Assembly (NCBI GenBank): GCA_038255675.1
Contig: JBBSLB010000002.1
Coordinates: 1 to 34,976 of the forward strand
Reading direction: 5' to 3'
Length of the DNA stretch: 34,976 nt
Source of the DNA: Mycobacteriales bacterium
GTDB lineage: Bacteria; Actinomycetota; Actinomycetes; Mycobacteriales; SCTD01
Shown: piece by piece, positions 11,051-18,907 of the stretch
How positions within the stretch are numbered: the first letter of the stretch is position 1
Layout: each line of letters begins with the position of its first letter
Notes under the pieces: model-generated
The model's input: only the letters and a program-made list of their open reading frames with translations
The model's database searches: none
Told to the model about the DNA's origin: nothing
Program-made: the position numbers and the translations under genes

Positions 11051-11113
11051 TGGACAACACACAAGAACGGGAGTAGAACCAACGAAACACAGATCGAACG
11101 GAGGTGAACCCAC
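11051..11113 (+). promoter_or_regulatory. Putative promoter/operator region of the PTS operon
   Basis: This is the only conspicuously lower-G+C stretch in the window. TGGACA (11051-11056), a 17-nt spacer and TAGAAC (11074-11079) resemble -35/-10 boxes. Direct repeats GAACGGGAG (11065-11073) and GAACGGAGG (11096-11104) are present, and the second overlaps the SD GGAGG before ATG 11114. Confidence 0.3.
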
Positions 11114-11875
11114 ATGTACGCCGAGGAGCGCCAGCAGTACATCGTCGGACTCGCCCGCAGTCGCGGCCGGGTCGACGTGGCCGAGCTGGCCGCCGAGCTC
11201 CAGGTCACCACCGAGACCGTTCGCCGCGACCTGACCATCCTGGAGCGGCAGGGCGTCCTGCGCCGGGTGCACGGCGGGGCCATCCCGGTGGAGCGGCTCG
11301 GCTTCGAGCCGGCGCTGGCGGCCCGTGACAGCGTCATGACCGCCGAGAAGGACCGCATCGCCAAGGCCGCGCTGGCCGAGCTGCCCCAGGAGGGCGCGAT
11401 CCTGCTCGACGCCGGCTCGACGACCGCCCGGCTGGCCGACCTGCTGCCGTCGGACCGGCCGCTCACGGTCGTCACCAACGCGCTGCCGTTGGCGCTGTCG
11501 CTGGTGTCCCGCCCGCACCTCACGGTGCTGCTGCTCGGCGGGCGCGTCCGCGGCCGGACCCTCGCCTCGGTCGACAGCTGGGCCACGGACGCCCTCGCCG
11601 GCACCTTCGTCGACGTCGCCTTCGTGGCCACCAACGGGGTGTCGGTGCGCCGCGGGCTGACGACCCCCGACCACGCCGAGGCCGCGACGAAGCGGGCGAT
11701 GATGGCCTCTGCAGCCCGCGTGGTGCTGCTCGCCGACCACACGAAGGTCGGGGTCGACCACCTCACCCGCTTCGGCGACCTGCACCAGGTCGACACGCTC
11801 ATCACCGACAGCGGGCTCGACGACCGCGCCACCGCCGAGCTCGAGGGCGCCGGACCGCGGGTGGTGCGCGCGTGA
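11114..11875 (+). CDS. DeoR/GlpR-family transcriptional repressor (FruR-like)
   Basis: 253 aa reading MYAEERQQYIVGLARSRGRVDVAELAAELQVTTETVRRDLTILERQGVLRRVHGGA..., i.e. an N-terminal DeoR HTH plus a C-terminal sugar-phosphate sensor domain. Confidence 0.9.
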   Translation: MYAEERQQYIVGLARSRGRVDVAELAAELQVTTETVRRDLTILERQGVLRRVHGGAIPVERLGFEPALAARDSVMTAEKDRIAKAALAELPQEGAILLDAGSTTARLADLLPSDRPLTVVTNALPLALSLVSRPHLTVLLLGGRVRGRTLASVDSWATDALAGTFVDVAFVATNGVSVRRGLTTPDHAEAATKRAMMASAARVVLLADHTKVGVDHLTRFGDLHQVDTLITDSGLDDRATAELEGAGPRVVRA

Positions 11876-12816
11876 TCGTCACCGTGACGCTGAACCCCAG
11901 CCTGGACCGCACCATCGAGGTCGGCGGCCTGGTCCGTGGCGCGCTGGTCCGCGGGACCTCGACGCGCGTGGACGCCGGCGGCAAGGGCGTCAACGTCGCT
12001 CGGGCGCTGACCGCCAACGGCGTGGCCGCCCGTGCCGTGCTGCCGCTCGGCGGGCCGGACGGCGAGCGCCTGCTGGACCTGCTCGCCTCCGCCGGGCTCG
12101 ACGTGGTGGCGGTCCCGGTCCGCAGCGCCACCCGCTCCAACGTCAGCCTGGTCGAGCCGGACGGGACGACGACGAAGGTCAACGAGCCGGGCGGACGCCT
12201 CGACCGCGACGACGTCGAGGCGCTGGTCGCCAGTGTGCTGGCTGCCGCCACGGGCGCCGACTGGGCCGTGCTGTGCGGCAGCCTGCCGCCGGGTGTGCCA
12301 CACGACGTCTACGCCCGCCTGTGCCGCGCCCTGCAGGCCGCCGGGACCAACGTCGCCGTCGACAGCAGCGGCTCGGCGCTCACCGCCGCCCTGGACGTCG
12401 GGCCCGCGCTCGTCAAGCCCAACCGCGAGGAGCTGGCCGAGACCGCCGGGCGTCCCCTGCTGACCCTGGGGGACGTCCTGACGGCGGCCGAGCAGCTGCG
12501 CGCACGTGGCGCCGGCAGCGTGCTGGCCAGCCTGGGCGCCGACGGCGCCCTGCTGGTCGAGCGAGCCGGCGTCCTGCGCGGCCACTCGACGGTGCTCGCC
12601 CCGCGCAGCTCGGTCGGGGCCGGCGACGCGATGCTCGCCGGCTTCCTGTCGGCCGGTGCCGCCGGCGCTCCCGCTCTTGCCACCGCCCTCGCCTGGGGCG
12701 CGGCCGCGGCCGGCCTGCCCGGCAGTCGCATGCCCCTTGCTTCCGACCTCCGGCCGGACGACGTCACCACCAGCCCGCTGCTCGACCGCACGACCCCGCT
12801 GTCCACGTCCCACTGA
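11872..12816 (+). CDS. fruK: PfkB-family ketohexose-phosphate kinase (1-phosphofructokinase / tagatose-6-P kinase class)
   Basis: 314 aa reading MIVTVTLNPSLDRTIEV...GGKGVNVARAL...KPNREEL...GAGDAMLAGF. The GTG start overlaps the DeoR stop (GTGA). Confidence 0.85.
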   Translation: MIVTVTLNPSLDRTIEVGGLVRGALVRGTSTRVDAGGKGVNVARALTANGVAARAVLPLGGPDGERLLDLLASAGLDVVAVPVRSATRSNVSLVEPDGTTTKVNEPGGRLDRDDVEALVASVLAAATGADWAVLCGSLPPGVPHDVYARLCRALQAAGTNVAVDSSGSALTAALDVGPALVKPNREELAETAGRPLLTLGDVLTAAEQLRARGAGSVLASLGADGALLVERAGVLRGHSTVLAPRSSVGAGDAMLAGFLSAGAAGAPALATALAWGAAAAGLPGSRMPLASDLRPDDVTTSPLLDRTTPLSTSH

Positions 12817-12832
12817 CCCAGGAGCGCACCCC

Positions 12833-14005
12833 ATGACCGCAGTCGCTGACGCAAAGCACCTAGAGGGAGCCGGGTTCCGCGCGCGCATCCAGCGCGGCGG
12901 CGGCTACCTCGCCGGCATGATCATGCCGAACATCGCTGCCTTCATCGCGTGGGGCCTGATCACCGCGATGTTCATCCCCACCGGCTGGATCCCGAACGAG
13001 CGGCTGGCCGAGCTGGTCGGCCCGATCATCACCGTGCTGCTGCCCGTCCTGATCGGCTACACCGGCGGGCGCCTCGTGCACGGCCAGCGCGGCGCGGTCG
13101 TCGGCGCCGTCGCCACCATGGGCGTGGTCGTCGGGACCGACATCCCGATGTTCCTGGGCGCCATGCTCATCGGCCCGGCCACCGCGTACGTCCTGAAGCT
13201 CATCGACGGGTTCATCCAGGACAAGGTCAAGGTCGGCTTCGAGATGCTGGTGGACAACTTCACCGCCGGCATCCTCGGCGTGCTGGCGGCACTCGCCGGG
13301 CTGCTCGGGATCGGCCCGGTCGTCGAGGGGCTCACCAAGGCGGCCGGCAACGGCGTGGACTTCCTCGTCGACACCGGCTTCCTGCCACTGGTCTCCCTGC
13401 TGGTCGAGCCCGCCAAGGTGCTCTTCCTCAACAACGCCATCAACTTCGGCGTTCTGTCCCCGCTCGGCGTCGCCGAGGCGACCGAGACCGGCAAGTCGGT
13501 GCTGTTCATGGTCGAGACCAACCCCGGCCCCGGCCTGGGAATCCTGCTGGCCTACTTCTTCTTCGGCCCGCGCCTGCTGCGCCTGTCCGCTCCCGGCGCC
13601 ATCGTCATCCACTTCCTCGGCGGGATCCACGAGATCTACTTCCCGTACGTCCTGATGAAGCCCAAGCTGATCCTCGCCGCCATCGCCGGCGGCGCCGCGG
13701 GCGTCGGCACGGCCGTCGTGACGGGTGCCGGCCTGGTCTCGACTCCCTCGCCCGGCAGCATCTTCGCCTACGCCGCGGTCACCCCCCGCGGAGGCTTCAT
13801 CCCGGTGATCCTGTCGATCCTGGTCGCCACAGCCGTGTCCTTCGCCGTCGCCTCGCTGCTGCTGGGCTTCGGCCGCGGCGAGAAGGCCGAGGAGGCGCCG
13901 CCGGTGCACGAGGACGCCGTCCCCGTGCAGGCATCGTCGGCCACAGCAGAGACGACCGCCCCCACGCACGCCCCGGCTATGCGCAACACCACCGCGGAGG
14001 CGTGA
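12833..14005 (+). CDS. PTS mannitol-class EIIC component (stand-alone)
   Basis: ATG 12833 follows AGGAG. The product reads ...RARIQRGGGYLAGMIMPNIAAFIAWGLITAMFIPTGWIPNERLAELVGPIITVLLPVLIGYTGGRLV...HFLGGIHEIYFPYVLMKP. This is near-collinear with my recollection of the E. coli MtlA EIIC domain. The upstream part of the track ORF (12506-12832) overlaps fruK out of frame. Confidence 0.9.
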   Translation: MTAVADAKHLEGAGFRARIQRGGGYLAGMIMPNIAAFIAWGLITAMFIPTGWIPNERLAELVGPIITVLLPVLIGYTGGRLVHGQRGAVVGAVATMGVVVGTDIPMFLGAMLIGPATAYVLKLIDGFIQDKVKVGFEMLVDNFTAGILGVLAALAGLLGIGPVVEGLTKAAGNGVDFLVDTGFLPLVSLLVEPAKVLFLNNAINFGVLSPLGVAEATETGKSVLFMVETNPGPGLGILLAYFFFGPRLLRLSAPGAIVIHFLGGIHEIYFPYVLMKPKLILAAIAGGAAGVGTAVVTGAGLVSTPSPGSIFAYAAVTPRGGFIPVILSILVATAVSFAVASLLLGFGRGEKAEEAPPVHEDAVPVQASSATAETTAPTHAPAMRNTTAEA

Positions 14006-14006
14006 G

Positions 14007-14315
14007 ATGCCAACAATTGCAGGCGCTTCCGTGACCAAAGTTGTCATCGCGTGCGATGCGGGGATGGGCAGCAGCGTCATGCTGGCCAGCCAGATGCGCA
14101 AGCGGCTGAAGAAGTACGACGTCGCCGTCGAGCACGTCGCGGTCAACGCGATCCCGGCCGACGCCCAGGTGGTGCTCTGCCACAGCGGGCTCGCCCAGCG
14201 CGCCCGCGGCACCGCCCCCGACGCGGTCGTCGTGCCGTTCCAGATCTTCATGGGCGACCCGGTCTTTGACCAGGTCGAGGCCGCGATCCGGGACGGCGGG
14301 ACCCTCGATGGGTGA
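14007..14315 (+). CDS. PTS mannitol-class EIIB component (stand-alone)
   Basis: 102 aa. VTKVVIACDAGMGSSVMLASQMRKRL matches the MtlA EIIB phospho-cysteine loop (IVACDAGMGSS). Confidence 0.88.
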   Translation: MPTIAGASVTKVVIACDAGMGSSVMLASQMRKRLKKYDVAVEHVAVNAIPADAQVVLCHSGLAQRARGTAPDAVVVPFQIFMGDPVFDQVEAAIRDGGTLDG

Positions 14316-14778
14316 CCAGCTCACCGCCGATGTGCTGCAGCTCGAGGGCGTCCGCCTCGGCCTGACCGCGGTCGACAAGTGGGATGCCGTCCGCCAGGCC
14401 GGCGAGCTGCTCGTGGAGCTCGGGGCGGTCGAGCCCGACTACGCGCCCGCCATGCTCGAGCGCGAGCGCTCGGTCTCGACCTTCATCGGCGAGGGCGTCG
14501 CCATCCCGCACGGCACCGACGCCGCCCGGGCGCTGGTGCTGCGGACCACGCTCGCGGTCCTGCAGTTCCCGGCCGGCGTGGACTGGGACGGCAACGACGC
14601 CCGCATCTGCGTCGCCATCGCCGCCAGCGGCGAGGAGCACGTCGAGGTGCTGTCCGCCCTGGCTGTCGTGCTCATGGACGCCGAGGCCGCCGAGCGCCTC
14701 CGCTCCGCCACCGACCCCCAGGACGTGCTGGCGCTGCTCGCCGGCCTGTCCGCAGACGACGAGGAGACCCCCGCATGA
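14308..14778 (+). CDS. PTS mannitol-class EIIA component (PTS_EIIA_2, stand-alone)
   Basis: ATG 14308 overlaps the EIIB stop (ATGGGTGA). ...VEPDYAPAMLERERSVSTFIGEGVAIPHGT... matches the MtlA EIIA phospho-histidine region. Confidence 0.88.
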   Translation: MGDQLTADVLQLEGVRLGLTAVDKWDAVRQAGELLVELGAVEPDYAPAMLERERSVSTFIGEGVAIPHGTDAARALVLRTTLAVLQFPAGVDWDGNDARICVAIAASGEEHVEVLSALAVVLMDAEAAERLRSATDPQDVLALLAGLSADDEETPA

Positions 14779-15815
14779 GAGTGGCCCGCTTCTACGAGCC
14801 CGGCGACGTACGGCTGGAGGACGCCCCGGAGCCGCAGGTCGGCGCCGGCGAGGTGAAGATCCGTGTGCGCGCCTGCTCGACCTGCGGCACGGACGTGAAG
14901 ATCCTCAACCACGGGCACCAGCACATCGACCCGCCCCGGGTCATGGGGCACGAGGTGGCCGGCGAGGTCGTCGACGTCGGTGCCGGCGTCAGCGGCTGGG
15001 CCGCCGGCGACCGCGTCCAGGTCATTGCGGCCGTCCCGTGCGGGACGTGCGCAGAGTGCGCGCGCGGCCGCATGACCATCTGCCCGAACCAGACCTCCGT
15101 CGGCTACCACTACGAGGGCGGCTTCGCGGAGTACCTCGTCGTGCCGCAGCAGGTGCTGGCCGTCGACGGCCTGAACCGGATTCCCGACGGCATCAGCTTC
15201 GCCGAGGCCTCGGTCGCCGAGCCACTGGCCTGCGTGCTGAACGGCCAGGAGCTCGCCGGTGTCGGACCGGGCGACGTCGTCGTCGTCGTGGGCGCCGGGC
15301 CGATCGGCTGCCTGCACGTGCGGCTGGCCCGCTCGCGCGGCGCCGCGCAGGTGCTGCTCGTCGAGCTCAACCGGTCGCGGCTCGACCTGTCGGCCGGCGT
15401 CGTCGCCCCCGACGAGGCGATCTGCAGCGCCGAGACCGACGCCGTGGACGCCGTCCTCAAGGCCACCGACGGCCGCGGCGCCGACGTCGTGATCACGGCG
15501 GCAGCCTCGGGCCAGGCCCAGGAGGAGGCGTTGCTCATGGCGGCGCGCGGCGGCCGGGTCAGCCTGTTCGGCGGACTGCCCAAGGACAAGCCGACCATCA
15601 CCCTGGACTCCAACCTCGTGCACTACCGCGAGCTGACGGTCGTCGGCGCCAACGGTTCGAGCCCGTCGCACAACAAGCGGGCGCTGGAGCTCATTGCCTC
15701 AGGTGACGTCCCGGTGCTCGACCTCATCACGCACCGGCTCCCCCTCGAGGGGGTGCTCGAGGCCTTCGGCATCGTCGCGCGCGGCGAGGCCATCAAGGTC
15801 ACTGTCGAGCCGTAA
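14775..15815 (+). CDS. Zn-dependent MDR-family alcohol/polyol(-phosphate) dehydrogenase
   Basis: ATG 14775 overlaps the EIIA stop (ATGA). The product reads MRVARFYEPGDVRLEDAPEPQVGAGEVKIRVRACSTCGTDVKILNHGHQHIDPPRVMGHEVAGEVVDVG...CGTCAECARG...VVGAGPIGC. It has the catalytic and structural Zn ligand patterns and the GxGxxG motif. Confidence 0.85.
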   Translation: MRVARFYEPGDVRLEDAPEPQVGAGEVKIRVRACSTCGTDVKILNHGHQHIDPPRVMGHEVAGEVVDVGAGVSGWAAGDRVQVIAAVPCGTCAECARGRMTICPNQTSVGYHYEGGFAEYLVVPQQVLAVDGLNRIPDGISFAEASVAEPLACVLNGQELAGVGPGDVVVVVGAGPIGCLHVRLARSRGAAQVLLVELNRSRLDLSAGVVAPDEAICSAETDAVDAVLKATDGRGADVVITAAASGQAQEEALLMAARGGRVSLFGGLPKDKPTITLDSNLVHYRELTVVGANGSSPSHNKRALELIASGDVPVLDLITHRLPLEGVLEAFGIVARGEAIKVTVEP

Positions 15816-15851
15816 GCCACGTCCCTGCAGCATTTCTCGAGGAGGAACTCC

Positions 15852-16136
15852 ATGGCACGACGCGAGGCGACCATCGGCTCACGGGTCGGGCTGCACGCCC
15901 GGCCGGCCGCGATCTTCGTTCAGGCCAGCGCTGCGGCGGGCGTCCCGGTGAAGGTGGGCAAGCCCGACGGGAAGCTCGTCGACGCCCGCAGCATGCTCGG
16001 TGTGCTGGCGCTCGGCGCCAGGAACGGCGACACCGTGGTGCTCGAGGCCGAGGGTGACGGCGCAGAGGCGGCGCTTGATTCCCTGGTCGCGCTGCTCCAG
16101 CAGGACCACGACGAGCCGGCCGCCGCGGATGCCTGA
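15852..16136 (+). CDS. ptsH: Phosphocarrier protein HPr
   Basis: 94 aa. GGAGGA precedes the ATG. The product MARREATIGSRVGLHARPAAIFVQ... contains the His-15 motif GLHARPA. Confidence 0.92.
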   Translation: MARREATIGSRVGLHARPAAIFVQASAAAGVPVKVGKPDGKLVDARSMLGVLALGARNGDTVVLEAEGDGAEAALDSLVALLQQDHDEPAAADA

Positions 16137-17793
16137 CCTGGCTACGGCCCTGAGCGGCATCGCCGTCTCCCCCGGCACGGGTGCGGGGCCAGTGTTCTGC
16201 CTGGCCCCGCCCCCGGCACTGCCCGCCCAGGACGGTCCGGTCGACGACCTGACCGCCGAGGCGAGCCGCGCCGTCGCGGCGCTCGAGCAGGTCGCCGCCG
16301 ACCTCGAGCGCCGCGCGGCCACGGCGACGAGCACCGCCGCCGACGTGCTGCAGGCGCAGGCGCTCATGGCCCGCGACCCGGTGCTGGCCGAGTCGGTCGC
16401 CGGGCGGGTGCTCGAGGGGGCTGGCGCGCCGTGGGCCGTCGACGCCGCCCTGCGCGAGCAGCAGGCCGTCTTCACCGACCTGGGCGGCTACCTCGGTGAG
16501 CGCGCGGCCGACCTGGACGACATCCGGGCGCGCGCGGTCGCTGTCTTGCTCGGGCTGGCGATGCCGGGCGTGCCGTCACCGGGAGTGCCGTTCGTCCTGG
16601 TCGCCGATGACCTCGCGCCGGCCGACACCGCGCAGCTCGACCGCAGCCAGGTGCGAGCCCTGGTCACCGCTCGCGGCGGCCCCACCAGCCACACCGCGAT
16701 CCTGGCCCGTGCGCTGGGCATCCCGGCGGTCGTCTGCTGTCGCGGCATCCTCGACCTGGCCGACGGCACGTCCGTGCTCGTCGACGGCACCACGGGTCAG
16801 GTCCGGCAGATCCGCGAGGACGAGGTCGCCGGCGCCCAGGCCGAGGCCGACGCCGCCCGTCTCGCGCAGGCCGCGGTCGCCGGCCCAGGCCGGACCGCCG
16901 ACGGCCACCCCGTCAAGCTGCTGCGCAACGTCGGCTCGGTTGAGGACCTCGCAGGCACCGCCGGAGACGAGTCCTTCGAGGGCGTCGGCCTGTTCCGTTC
17001 CGAGTTCCTCTACCTCGGTCGGACCTCCGCGCCGAGCGCGCAGGAGCAGGAGGCTGCCTACGTCGAGATGTTCGAGGCGATGGGCGGCGCGAAGATCGTG
17101 CTTCGCACCCTCGACGCCGGCGCCGACAAGCCGCTGCCGTTCCTGGACATGGAGGCCGAGGACAACCCGGCCCTGGGAGTACGAGGGCTGCGCGTCGCCC
17201 GGCGCCGGCCCGAGGTGCTCGCCGACCAGCTCGGGGCGGTCGCCCGCGCCGCCGAGCGGACCGGCGCCGACGTCTGGGTGATGGCACCGATGGTCTCTAC
17301 CGTCGAGGAGGCGGCAGCCTTCGCCGAGCAGGTGCACGCGCTCGGCCTGCCCCGGGCCGGGGTGATGGTCGAGGTGCCGGCCGCCGCGCTGCAGGCCGCG
17401 CGGATCCTCGAGGTCGTCGACTTCCTCAGCATCGGCACGAACGACCTGAGCCAGTACACGCTGGCGACCGACCGCATGAACGGCGAGCTGGCCGACCTGC
17501 TCGACCCGTGGCAACCGGCGCTGCTGCAGCTGCTCGCCATGTGCGCGGCGGCCGGCCGTGAGGCCGGCAAGTCGGTGAGCATCTGCGGCGAGGCGGCGGC
17601 CGATCCGCTGCTGGCCCCCGTCCTGGTCGGCATGGGCATCACCAGCCTGTCGATGTCGGCCGCGTCGCTGCCGGCCGTCCGGGCGGCGATGGCCACCCGA
17701 ACACTGGAGTCGTGCGAGAACCTCGCCCGGCTCGCGCTCGCGGCCCGCGACGCCACCTCGGCCCGGGCCGCTGTGGCCGAGCGGTCCGCCTGA
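16129..17793 (+). CDS. ptsI: Phosphoenolpyruvate-protein phosphotransferase (PTS Enzyme I)
   Basis: 554 aa from ATG 16129, which overlaps the ptsH 3' end. Motifs present: GIAVSPGTGAGPV, GGPTSHTAILARALGIPAVV (phospho-His), FRSEFLY, and IGTNDLSQYTLATDR...C (catalytic Cys in SICGE). Confidence 0.93.
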   Translation: MPDLATALSGIAVSPGTGAGPVFCLAPPPALPAQDGPVDDLTAEASRAVAALEQVAADLERRAATATSTAADVLQAQALMARDPVLAESVAGRVLEGAGAPWAVDAALREQQAVFTDLGGYLGERAADLDDIRARAVAVLLGLAMPGVPSPGVPFVLVADDLAPADTAQLDRSQVRALVTARGGPTSHTAILARALGIPAVVCCRGILDLADGTSVLVDGTTGQVRQIREDEVAGAQAEADAARLAQAAVAGPGRTADGHPVKLLRNVGSVEDLAGTAGDESFEGVGLFRSEFLYLGRTSAPSAQEQEAAYVEMFEAMGGAKIVLRTLDAGADKPLPFLDMEAEDNPALGVRGLRVARRRPEVLADQLGAVARAAERTGADVWVMAPMVSTVEEAAAFAEQVHALGLPRAGVMVEVPAAALQAARILEVVDFLSIGTNDLSQYTLATDRMNGELADLLDPWQPALLQLLAMCAAAGREAGKSVSICGEAAADPLLAPVLVGMGITSLSMSAASLPAVRAAMATRTLESCENLARLALAARDATSARAAVAERSA

Positions 17794-17797
17794 GCGG

Positions 17798-18886
17798 TCA
17801 GCCACGGCGGCGCGGCTCGAGCTCCAGCGGCGCGTAGTAGTGCTCGGCGCCTTCCCGCTCGACGTCGGCGAGCCAGTGCCCGTCGTACTGCTCGGTCGGG
17901 CCCTGAGCCGGGTCGGCGAGCGACCAGGCCTGGCGGCGGTAGGTCCAGTTGTCGGGCTGCAGCCGGTGGCTCTCCCGGAACCACGCAACGGCCGGCTCCG
18001 GCGACCCGGCGGCGTGCAGGTGCTGGCCGAGGGCGAAGGCCGCGGCCGCCTGGGCCTGCTCCGCCGGGCGCGGGCGGGAGCGCTCGAGGACCTCCTCGGC
18101 CGACAGCGCGAAGCGGCTGGCGGGGCCGTGTGCGACCCAGTCGCGCAGCGCGCCGACGTAGCCCTCCGGGTCGATCTGCATCGCCTTGAGGTGGGGCTGC
18201 ACGGTGCGCAGCCGGCTCACCGCCGCCGCCGGCAGCGACGCCACGACCTTGGGGTCCTCGAGGTCGTAGCTGGCAAAGGTCGGAGGCGCCGGGTAGGCCG
18301 TCTCGGGCGGGCGGACGACAGTGCCGTCCTCGTCGACCCAGATGCCCGACGGGACGTTGACCACGCCGAACAGCTCACCGAGCCGGTGTCCGCTGTCCAC
18401 CACGACCGGGAAGTCGACGCCGGCGGCGAACGGCGCCGCGGCCGCGGCGCTGGCGTCCATCGCCACGCTGTACAGCTCGAAGCCCGAGGGCGCGAGCTCA
18501 GTGCGCAGTGCCTGCCAGACCGGCAGGTCGAAGCGGCAGCCTCACCAGCTCGCCCAGGCGGCGATCAGCACCTTCTTCCCGCGCAGGGCAGCGAGGGGGA
18601 AGGGCTCGCCCGTCAGCGTCGGGAGCACCAGGTCGGGGGCCTGGACGGTGGTCATCGCCCGTCCACCGCCCGACGGGCCGAGCGACCAGAGACCGGCCGG
18701 CTCGTCGTGCAGCAGCGGCCGCCCCATCCGCTCGGCGAAGGCGGCGAGGTCGACCTGGCCGTCACGAAGCGTGCCGGGCGGCAGCGGCACGCACTGCTCC
18801 TTGCGGCACGCCCCCTCGGGCTTGACCTCCCAGCCGGTCTCCCGCGCGAGCTGGTCGACGGGCACCCGAGATGTCGTGGAGATCAC
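17798..18886 (-). CDS. Thioredoxin-fold ResA/TlpA-like selenoprotein candidate (W-A-x-x-U-G-C motif); the in-frame TGA at 18544-18542 is read as selenocysteine
   Basis: The two track ORFs (tail of 18542-19801 and 17798-18466) are in the same frame, separated only by one TGA. Read-through gives ...APDLVLPTLTGEPFPLAALRGKKVLIAAWASW-U-GCRFDLPVWQALRTELAPSGFELYSVAMDAS...VNVPSGIWVDEDGTVV.... This is a continuous thioredoxin/redoxin fold with the TGA at the position of the first redox Cys. GC3 stays high across the TGA. The start is uncertain: GTG 18886 is preferred because the GC3-rich segment GWEVKPEGACRKEQCVPL is coding. Alternatives are GTG 18865 and ATG 18655. I see no signal peptide or TM helix. 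Confidence 0.72.
18511..18527 (-). promoter_or_regulatory. Candidate bacterial SECIS stem-loop for the WAxxUGC gene
   Basis: The minus-strand RNA is CCUGCC-GGUCU-GGCAGG, a 6-bp stem with a 5-nt loop. It starts 14 nt after the UGA. As I recall, the loop GGUCU resembles the apical G-G-U-C loop of the E. coli fdhF SECIS. Confidence 0.55.
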
Positions 18887-18907
18887 ACCGCAGGTTACCG
18901 TCAGGGA

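Noticed and set aside
12506-12832. N-terminal extensions of track ORFs: 12506 for EIIC, 14266 for EIIA, 14379 for the dehydrogenase, 16000 for ptsI, 4215 for the hotdog gene, and 27521 for the ALDH.
   Set aside because: The extensions overlap the preceding gene in another frame and translate to Pro/Arg/Ala-rich junk. Internal ATG/GTG starts with SD sequences, or with stop-start overlaps, give canonical N-termini.
17840-18907. The 5' 356 codons of the 834-aa plus-strand ORF 17840-20344.
   Set aside because: This part is antisense to the ResA-like gene and translates to low-complexity Arg/Gly-rich sequence. Recognisable protein sequence begins only at about 18908 (VVVLKRDCPTC...).
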